Source of the DNA: Antechinus flavipes
Lineage: Eukaryota
DNA length: 64,000 nucleotides
Assembly: GCF_016432865.1 (NCBI RefSeq)
Contig: NC_067403.1
Coordinates: forward strand, 20,956,001 to 21,020,000
Direction: 5' to 3'
A program made the translations under genes and the position numbers. The notes under the pieces are model-generated. The model did no database searches, was not told the origin of the DNA, and saw nothing but the letters and a program-made list of their open reading frames with translations. Position 1 is the first letter of the stretch. Each line of letters begins with the position of its first letter. Below are positions 14,061-23,700 of this stretch, piece after piece.

Positions 14061-14767
14061 CTTTTCTACAATAAACCTTGGCCTTTCCTTCTATTATAGA
14101 ATATGCACTATTTTTACTTAGTATATACTTTAGCGTGACATACATCCAATCAGAATCATATTCTGAAGCCTACCCTCAATTAGATAGTTTTTTTTTTCCC
14201 TGAAGCTAATTATTTAGATAGTTCTCTTTCAAAATTTTTTTGTATCAACATATTTGACATTTATTTTAAGGATCCAGTTTTAGAAATGGAGCTTTAGATA
14301 TTCAATCACTTGCTCCAAATCCAGACAGAGATCTTAATTTTGAAATTGCCATTATCTATGTCTTATGTCTTTCTGCTTCTCTCACAGGAAATGATTTTTT
14401 CTTGAACTTTTTAGTCCTATGTAAAAAAAAAGAAAAAGAAAAAGAAAAGCTGTTTTCATTTCCATATCTGTTGATAGTTCATTCATTTTGTAATCACGCC
14501 ATCTGTTAAACTGAAATGGTAAGCCCAGAGGGCAGAGATCATATCTGATCTGTGTACTATGCTATATAAGTGTGGATTCACTGTCAGCATTTCAAAAAAT
14601 AATAGAACTTCAAATGGGGTTGATTTAAGCCTCCCTAGTCAGCAGTTAGTTGTGGTGACATGAATCATGCTTTCAAATGGTAATTTGCACCTGTTACCTT
14701 TCATCCACAGGTCTTCAAATGCTTATACCTTAATTAATTACTCCCCAGTGGTATAGAGGATCTTATC

Positions 14768-14830
14768 TCTTCCTCCTCTTCTTCCTCTTCCTCCTCCTCC
14801 TCCTCCTCCTCCTCCTCTTTTTTTCTTTTT
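14768..14830. repeat. (CCT)n/(CTT)n microsatellite with T run
   Basis: Directly visible. Confidence 0.95.
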
Positions 14831-15134
14831 TAAAAGATGAGACTGAGGGACAAATAGCTTTTACTGCATTTTTTTAAAAGGATTTTTAAGCCCATTTTCA
14901 AAATTTAAAAATGAAGTTTAGCTCACTTTTGTTGGCATAATGAAGACATTGCCTTGGGAAGTTAGACTTTTTGTAGTGGGGCATACTCTCTCCAGGAAGG
15001 GAATGATCATGCTCATTTCATTTTACAACATTAGTCGAATATGATCTCAGAAATTGTCCAAGTTTCCCAATGTTGGGTTCATGTTCATTATTTTTTTCTT
15101 CTCTCTTTCATTTCAGCCATTTAAAAATTATATC

Positions 15135-15320
15135 CAATTCTTTGTGATCCCATTTTGGGGCTTTCTTGATATATTGGAGTGGTTTGTCATTTCCTTTTCC
15201 AACTCATTTTTATAGAGGAAGAAACTGAGGCAAACAGACTCCCACAGCTAGCAAGTGTCTGCAACTGGATTTGAACCTTTTATAAATCTTCCTGATTCTA
15301 CTGCTCCATCCACACACCCC
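15135..15320 (-). mobile_element. MAR1-type SINE
   Basis: 'gtgatcccattttggggctttcttgatatattggagtggtttgtcatttccttttccaactcattt' is the reverse MAR1 tail, followed by the CORE region. Confidence 0.8.
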
Positions 15321-16094
15321 TAAAACTTCCCACCATAATTGATATCATGTACTATATTTTAAGATCAGATGACATGCTTTTATGAAAGTCTTAATATACA
15401 ATATGATTCCTGAAACCATTATGCTTCTGTATCATTAAGGCACAATTAAATAACAAATATCTGACATCAGATAATCATTTAATAGAGGAAAATTTTAGGC
15501 AGTTCCTTATTTCAAAGTGTTATGCTCTATCCCCACCTCCCCTCCCTGCTTCTTGGAGAGTGTTGAAGGCTTCTGTTGGCATTTAAATGATTGCAAAATG
15601 TTTATGTGTAATTATTTTTGGCAGGTTCTGCAGCATATTTATGATAGTGATAAGTGTTTTTTGGCAGGTTTCATAAAATGTTTGTAAGAATTGCAAGTGG
15701 ACTACAGGTTTGTGATTTTTTTCAAGTGAGGAACATGTCTGGAATAATATGCATTTCTTTTTATTTAAAGACTACTTGTATGTTTTATAATATGAATTAA
15801 AACCTGTCAAGATGGAAAATTTAAAAGTAGTTATGAATGTTTTTGCATTTGTCCATATGCTTTACAGTTATTATTATATTAATTTATCAATTACTGTAGT
15901 TGCTTTATTAATATTGGGACATAGCTATTTTTATTTTATTTATGTTCATTAAACATGAAATGTAAAAAATATAATCTGTGAATTGGAGAGATGATAGAAG
16001 ATTTTGCCTTAAAAATAAAACAAAATACCAATAACAATTTAATCCACCTTTTCAGAGAAGATAACTGAAATGAAATTTAAATTATTTTTTAAAA

Positions 16095-16370
16095 TCTCTC
16101 CTCTTTTTCCTTCCTCTCTCTTTCCATTTCTCCCTCACTTCTTCCCTCCTTTCCTTCTCTCTCTTCTTTCTTCCTCTCCTCTCCTCTTTTCTCCTCTCCT
16201 TTCCTCTATTATTTTCTTCTCTTCTCTCTTCTCTTTCTTCTCTCTTCTCTCCTCTCTCTCCTCTCTCCTGTCCTCTCCTCTTTCTTCTGTCCTTTTCTCT
16301 CTCTCTTCTCTCTCTCCTCTTTTTCCCTCTTTCCTCACTTCTTCCTTTGTTTTCTTGATTCCATTGATAG
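16095..16370. repeat. Long polypyrimidine/polypurine (CT-rich) low-complexity tract
   Basis: About 275 bp almost entirely C/T. It produces the spurious R/E/K-rich and L/S/F-rich ORFs. Confidence 0.95.
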
Positions 16371-16399
16371 CTCACTTTCCATGTCATGATGTTGTATCT

Positions 16400-16500
16400 T
16401 TACTTTATTTCTATTGATCTTCATAATAAGCCAATGGATTATTATTATTATTACTATCATGTCCATTTTACACATGTGGAAACTAAGGCTCACTCTTATC
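16400..16500 (-). mobile_element. MIR core fragment
   Basis: 'atgtccattttacacatgtggaaactaaggctca'. Confidence 0.6.
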
Positions 16501-17559
16501 TTGAGAATTGGTATACAGCATAATGATTTGTCTGAAAAGGAGAATTATGCAATTGAGCAACTTTTTCTGCAACTGAAATTGTACAGTACTCCTTGAAATT
16601 GTAAAAAGTTATGTAATTTGCCCAAAGCCACAAAGCCCATATGCAACAGAGATGAAATCTAAACCTGTTCATTCCTGGCATGGAGATCAACTCTTCACCT
16701 ACTGCACCACATCAATGCTCTAAAGTTATTATTTTCATGAGAACTATTTGCTAATAATTTATACTCCACTATTAGAATGTTTGGTCCAACATTTCAGGGA
16801 TGACATCCAAATTCTAAATTTCCCCCTATAACCTAGTATAATGTTCTACACATAGTAGTTGTTTTAAAAATCCTGGGTAAATTTTTAAATAGAAAGGAAG
16901 AGAAATCTAATGAAATGTTTGAAGTCACTGAGCCTAGCAAAAGAGCCTCCAAATCCAAGTCTCCTGAATAACTTTAAATCCAGTATGCTTTTCCCCCATT
17001 ACCTCTCTGGATCACATCTCTTCAGACAACAGTGTTATACTCTTTTTAGACTAAACATATATGATTCCAAATAGCTAGAAATGGATGCAAGATGAATATT
17101 CTCTTTATCCAAGATTACTTTTCTTTCTCACCAGTTTCTCTGATAGCATTTGTGCTGCTGAAAAATCATAAGAAGGTGTTTTTTTTCCCCCATGCTCTCA
17201 TCATTTTGGGCTACATCTTGGTTTCTCCTCTTGAATCCAAGTGATTATTTTCTGTTGTTATGTTTGTTCTTGGCACTTATACCATGCTGTGCCATTGTCT
17301 AAAATAAACAAGAGACAGTACCTTTCACAATATCAGTGAAACCTTTACTGTGCCTCACATTTGTGTGCAAAAAAGTACTTATGAATTTCCCTTATTTTTC
17401 CCTTATAATGAGATTGAAGGAAGCAAAGACCTTTAGCTTTAAAAGTCTGTTCTCTTTTGGTGTTGTCACAGTCATATCACTTTAAAATTTTTAATTTTTT
17501 AAATTATATTTTAAGTTTCTGTCTCCCTACTCTGCAATAGAGAAGGCCAACATTTGATA

Positions 17560-17790
17560 TAGATTTATAACTTTGTGTAAAGCTGTACTGTGTGTATGTA
17601 CATGTTCTTTCTCTGGAAGTAGATAGCATCTTATTTCTTAGGTCTTTTGTAGTTGATTTAAATATTTACAGTACTCAGAATGACTTGCTTGTTCACAACT
17701 ATTCTTCAAACAGTATTACAGTTAATGTACATAACATGCTCTTGGTTCTGCTCACTTCACTTTTCATTATTTCATGCAAGTCTACCTTTA
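17560..17790 (-). mobile_element. Marsupial L1 3' UTR fragment
   Basis: 'ttaatgtacataacatgctcttggttctgctcacttcacttttcattatttcatgcaagtct' matches the recalled reverse L1 3' UTR. Confidence 0.75.
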
Positions 17791-17989
17791 GCTTTTAAGA
17801 GCTTATTTTATGGGTTAGCTTAAAGCCAAGGAAGACAAGAAATCCAAAATGAGCTTTATTTGACATTTAGTGTAAAATTGACCACTTAAAAACCTTGATA
17901 ATGTACAGTGATTTAATTCTACTCTCCTTGAAAGAATCAATTTTAATAAATGATAATTAGTTTCACATGGATATACCGAGCAAATCTAT

Positions 17990-18400
17990 CATAAATCAAA
18001 AACTGTGAAAATGTTTCTTGTAGGATCTCCCTAGCCAGAATGAAGTCAGGATTTGTTCTTGCAATAATTTATTTAATAGAGTTCTATTAATCACTTGTTC
18101 AGTCGTTCTCCAAAATTATATTTGTCTTATAGTCTATCTGAAATTGTTATACTAAAGTTTCTGCATTTTGAGGGGTAGTCAAATTTACAAAATACATGAT
18201 CATTGTTCTATATTTGTTAAGTATAAATTTGCTTACTTATGATTAGAATGTTTACTTGTGAGAAAGAAGGTGCTGAAAGGAATTTCCTAAATTTCTACTA
18301 TGAATATTGCCATGTTTTAAATTTGTTTGCTTCGTTCTAAAAATAGGCTTTTTATATGTTCATATATCAGTTATAAAAATAGTTTTTATATTAAATTTAA
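17990..18400 (-). mobile_element. Possible decayed L1 ORF2 fragment
   Basis: T-rich reverse-L1-like composition next to the L1 3' UTR; no clean motif. Confidence 0.35.
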
Positions 18401-18869
18401 TGATAATTATATATACATTTACATATATACATATCTGCACATCAATATGTCATTCAAAGTGCAAAAGATCTAATGAGTTCTTTCCTTTTATTTAATTTTT
18501 AGTATGAAGTTCTCTCTCTATGGGGTTCTATGTAAAAGTTATTTCATTCTGAATTTTCTCACTCTCCAGAGAAAGAGATTTACTAAATCATTTGGGTTAC
18601 CTAACTATATTTAACTTATTTACCTGAATTTCTTGTCGCTTCTCTCCTTAACATATATTTGAGGTTTCCTTATTTCCATAGCCATGTTCTCATCAACTAT
18701 TAGATCTAAATTACTCTTTCTATTTATTTTACTTTTAGTCTCCCATCTAATGAATCCCTCCAAGAAACTCCAGCTTGTATCTTCTTTGCATCCCATATGC
18801 TTAGAATCTATTTTGAAATGTAATTAAGTAGATATTGCTTATAAATATCTTACCTCATCTAATAGTGAC

Positions 18870-19052
18870 AGGCAGTGAATATATGAAATAAAAATTGCTG
18901 GACTTAGAGCAAAGTTCTCAGTTTCAATTCCATCTCTTATACTTTTTCACTTTAGACAAGTTACATTTCTGAGATTCACTTACCTTCCCTGTAAAATAAA
19001 AAGGTTGAACTGTATTATCTCTAAGACTCTTTCCAGCTCTAACTCTTATGAT
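18870..19052 (+). mobile_element. MIR3-like SINE
   Basis: 'ctgtaaaataaaaaggttgaactgtattatctctaagactctttccagctctaactcttatgat' is the MIR3 tail. Confidence 0.8.
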
Positions 19053-20386
19053 AGTACAAACTCTAAGAGTAGGGAAGAATATTCTTTGTTCTTCATGAAA
19101 AGCTTAACCTACAATAGGGAGATATTTAAAATGTAAGCTTCCTGTAGACGAGGGCCATATTTGTGTTTTTGGCTCCACAATGCTTAACAAAGTTGTGTGA
19201 TTATTGGATACTTGATGACAATGTTTGGTGGATTCATGAGTGAATTTTTTTTTTTTTTAGCATAAAAGCAACTTAATCTTAGGATGCGCTCATTTTTATT
19301 CACTCCATTTTCATTTCAGAACAATTTAAAGAGCATGCTCCCTGTTAAGTATGTCAAAATCTCTTCACCACTAATTACTGTGGTAGCAGTTTCCAACTTG
19401 ACAAGGAAAAATCAAACCATGGTCTCTGGTGTGTTGTAACCCATACAAGTCTGTGCAATAGAGAATCCAAAGATCTAAAACATGGAGCACGAGGGGGAGA
19501 AAAGCATCCTAATAGTCTCTCAAGAAATGTCATAGTCCTTAAATGAATCCTCTCTTCAGTTTTTATTGTCTTATGGGCAGTCAGGTCATCTTCCCTCTCT
19601 AAAAGTTACTTATTTAGTTAGGTAATTCTAAGACTAATCAGTATGCTCAGTCATGTTTCGGAATATGTAGAAATGCCAAGTGGAGATTTCTGTTGTTTTA
19701 AAAATGATAATGCTGGATGTCTTATTGCTTTTAACTGAAACACAGACCTGAGTAATGAATAAACGAATAAATAATGGATAAATAGGGGAAAAAAAAAAGC
19801 ATATCCATGCATGGGACTGAGTAGCTATACCTGCAAGAGAGTAGTTTGCAAATGGGAGAAAACAATCACAATGGGAGTTTAAAAGTTCATTAAAAATTAA
19901 TCAGACGTGTCCAGACTGTGTTCATTTTTGAGGCCAAATAACAGTTTTCATGATCATAGAACCTCACTTATTATGGGACACCAGTGAGCCAATAGGGTGT
20001 GAATAACCATATTGCGCTTGACTTTCACTTCAAACCCATCACAATCACTTATGTTGTCAGAACAGACTAGGCTATTTGTCTCCCTTTTCTCCCCCCATCT
20101 TTTTTTTCTTCTCCAGATGATTAGGTGAGACAGGAGGATGATACCACCTGACAGAATTTTCCCTTGCTAATCACAAAATGATTAATTAGAATAACAGGAG
20201 AGGGTCAGTTATTCTTGTTATGAAGGCTGACCACATCCTGGCTTCAAACAAAAGTATCTAATCTCTCTTTGATGTGTTCATGTTGAATTAATGGATGTTA
20301 CAGGCTTATTATTGGGCATAGAGAGTCTCCGGAGGTTTTGATTAATAGTGCTGCAATCGTGTTTCAAGCCACTACCAGTTTGTGTA

Positions 20387-20580
20387 CAGGCATCCCTTGA
20401 TTTATGCCCGTGATTTGCCCCTTAAGATTGTCTGTGAAGCAAAAAATCTGTAAATTGAATCCTATTTTTCTGTTAACAACTCATAAATTTGACGTGTGTG
20501 GCCATGTACGACTAATCCGCCTTGGTGTTTAGGTTAGGGTATCTGTATCTCGCGTTAGGATTGCCATGACCTATTTTTGT
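20387..20580 (+). mobile_element. Possible Tigger/pogo-like DNA transposon end
   Basis: TA followed by 'CAGGCATCCCTTGATTTATGC' resembles a pogo/Tigger TIR. No matching opposite TIR was found. Confidence 0.3.
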
Positions 20581-20614
20581 CATCTCGATTGTTCTTCTCT
20601 CTTTCTTGACTATT

Positions 20615-20830
20615 TCAGACTTAGGGTGGAAGGTTTAATCATCATTCCTACTGGCTTATCTTTATTTTTCTGATCTTTCTCCTTTCTCCCTCGGGCATCT
20701 GGCCTGAGATTTTTATGGGTTAGGGGGAATAAAAGCATAGACTCAGAAGAAGGTTGGTAACAGGGCAAGCCTGGTACTAGCACGTGGCGAAAAGCAGCAA
20801 AATCATCAAGCAAGAGTCACCAGAGGTCTT
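20615..20830 (+). repeat. Unclassified interspersed repeat, copy 1
   Basis: Similar to 22140-22360 ('ctccctcgggcatctggcctgagattttt...aaaagcatag'). Confidence 0.55.
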
Positions 20831-21368
20831 TGCTCCTATAAAACTCCTTAAGATTGATAGTTATCAGGATTGATGCTATTCAGTCTCCCTTAGCCTGGCA
20901 CATAGTAAGCACTTAATGAATGCTCTTGCCTTGCATTTCCTTGATGATATGTAACTTTCTAGTCTTAGTTCACATTTCTCTCCTTTTATATATTCTCCAT
21001 TCTGGCTAAAATGGCCTTTTAGCTGTTTCCTGAAAAGCCATTGCAGCACTATTTCTCTGTCTCCAAGCTTTTGCCTGGAGCACATTCCTGCTGCAAACTC
21101 CTGGTTGGAAAGCACATTGCAAGAGCCGTCTTCTCCTTCAGGGCACTAGTTGTTTTGGGATTTCTTTGGTGTTGGTTCTTCTTCCATTGGAATAGGTCAC
21201 AACCTGTGGTTCTGCTCTATCCCTTAATATTGAGAAGGCCCACTTCCCTGAACTATAAAATGAAATTTTAAGGTCTCTTCTATCTACAAACCTAATATCC
21301 TAAGAATATCACTTTGTTCTTTGGATTTCTTGTCAGTGTCCTTGCATAATTCACCCTTTCTCTGCCTT

Positions 21369-21501
21369 NNNNNNNNNNNNNNNNNNNNNNNNNNNNNNNN
21401 NNNNNNNNNNNNNNNNNNNNNNNNNNNNNNNNNNNNNNNNNNNNNNNNNNNNNNNNNNNNNNNNNNNNNNNNNNNNNNNNNNNNNNNNNNNNNNNNNNNN
21501 N
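21369..21501. other. Assembly gap (133 N)
   Basis: Run of N. Confidence 1.
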
Positions 21502-21630
21502 NTATCTATAAAATAAGTACACATTTATGTGTAGATCTAAATATGTGTGTGCTGTATATTTGTATGTATATATATATACATATAAATATACATATATACA
21601 CATATATTTACATACACATACACACACATT
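21502..21630. repeat. TA/CA/TG low-complexity repeat flanking the gap
   Basis: Directly visible. Confidence 0.85.
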
Positions 21631-22139
21631 AGATGCCTCCCTTCAATTCTTTAAATACTTTGGAAAAATCATTATATCACTCAGAATATCTGTCTTTTTT
21701 CTCCATTTTTTCCTATATGATCTACACACTTCCTTTTCCAATTATATATAGTATTGAACATATGTTATAGCACTTTATATATATCTATATATATAAATCA
21801 TCATGAGAAACATACTTTAGCACAAATATATGCAGCATACCCCTTTCTATTGACCTTTGGTTATTAGTAAGTGATTCTTTTAGGAGTTTTCCTGTTGTGC
21901 CATATGATTGACCGCTGTGATCTGAGGCTTCCTATTGCTTATTACGCACCATGTTATAGAATCTGGAAAGTTGTAAAATTCCACCTTGAGGGATCAAGGC
22001 TCCTTGGAAGTCAGAGGCTGCAGTAGAAAGCAACTGTTAACAATCTTCTTCAAAAGCACCATGCTCTAGGTCTTTGGGCCACATTTATTTCTAGGTATTA
22101 TATAGTTGCCCTTTGCAAATGTATATTTCTTGTCAGGTA

Positions 22140-22360
22140 AGACTGCAAGGGTAGAATTTTCACTCACAAAGTTTTTATCTTATTGATTCTTCTCTCTCCC
22201 TTGAGCATCTGGTCTAGGATTTTGCAGGTTAAAAGAAACAAAAGCATAAAGGTGGAGGTAGGATGGTAGCAGAGAAATTGCACCAGGACCATACATTAGA
22301 ATTCTAGTGAAAAGATGATGAAGTACCACCCGATCACTTTGTCGAGAAGAGTCAGGTGGT
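22140..22360 (+). repeat. Unclassified interspersed repeat, copy 2
   Basis: 'ctcccttgagcatctggtctaggattttgcagg...aaaagcataa', similar to 20615-20830. Confidence 0.55.
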
Positions 22361-22599
22361 TTAACTCTTTTTGAAATAGGTTAAAAAAAAGTCTTAAGTA
22401 TGATAATAATAGTAACTGATGTTTATATAGCACTTTAAATTTTCCAAGTGATTTGCATACATGATCCCATTTAAGTATAAAAATGTTCCTTTGAAGTAAA
22501 TACTCCAGATAGCAATTCTTATTTTTTCAGATAAGCCAGATAAGACTCAGAAAAGTGACCCTTAATCGCAAAGTGATATCATGAAATCCCATGGATTTA

Positions 22600-23700
22600 A
22601 TTAGCATGGATATTAATTATTTATGCTGATGATTCTCAAATTGACCTAAGTTGCCCTAGACTCTGCTTATTTCCAGCCTTGCATCTCCAGGTCTCCAGCT
22701 AAGGATCTCAAACTGGATGTCCAGTAGACATCTTAAATTTAGACTGTCCGAAACAGAACTCATTATTGTCTTCCCTATAACCTCCCCTTTCCTATTACTG
22801 TGATATATATACTATAAATGTAATAATTACAATTATATCTCTTTTCTCTTATACACACACATACCTACATATATATATACCATAAATGTAATTACTATTA
22901 TATCTCTTTTCTCTTAGGCTCACAATCTAGAGCCTTAATTCCTCAATCTTTCTCACTTCTCCTTATTTAATCTAAAGCCTGTTGATTTAACTTCTAGATG
23001 TCTTGAGTATTTTCACACCCCCTCCTTTACTCTAATACTGTTAACCTTGTAGCACAAGTTGTTGACAATTAGAATAGCCTGCTAGCAACTCTGCTTGCCT
23101 CAAATCTCTGTTTACTTTCCATTCAGCCATTAAAGTGATTTTCCCAAAACACCATCCAAACATACTATCTCAATAAACACTGGATCTCTGTTACTTCTAG
23201 TATTAAATATAAAATCCTCTGTTTGGGGTTCAAAGTCCTTCATACTCTAGTCCCATCCTATTTTTCCAGTTTTTTTATACTTACTCCTTTACCTTACTCC
23301 ATATTATTTACTCTTTTAATTCAGTGACATTGGCCTTCTTGTTCCATAAACAGAACAATCTATATTCCAGCTCATGGCATTTTCTCTGGCTTTCCTCATG
23401 ATTTTTCTCCTCATCTCTATCTTTTTTTTTTTTTCCTTCCCTGGCTTCTGTTTAGTCTCAACTAATATCTTATCTGTTACTGAAAGCCTTTCTGAACTCC
23501 TTAATTCTAGTGCCTTCCAACCATTAATTCCACCCCCTATTTATCCACAGAAAGATGATAGATATTCTATTTATATAACAGGTTTGTATGTATTTGTTTG
23601 CTTGTTGTCTCTCCATCAGATTGTGAGCTCCTTTCCAGCAGGATCTATCTTTTACCTCTTTATATCCCCAGCATTACAGAGCAAATGTTTGTTGAGTGAT
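22600..23700 (+). mobile_element. L2 LINE, RT region to 3' end
   Basis: 'tatgctgatgattctcaaatt' encodes YADDSQI. It is followed by 'aactggatgtccagtagacatcttaaa', and the element ends 'gattgtgagctcc...aaatgtttgttgagtga'. Confidence 0.9.

Noticed and set aside
16070-16417. R/E/K-rich and L/S/F-rich ORFs
   Set aside because: Translation artefacts of the CT low-complexity tract.
19300-19440. Possible terminal exon (EQFKEHAPC*) or other splice-like readings
   Set aside because: No recognisable peptide, and competing readings on both strands are equally plausible.
21292-21751. ORFs spanning X runs (also 55402-55749)
   Set aside because: Open only because of assembly gaps and dinucleotide repeats.
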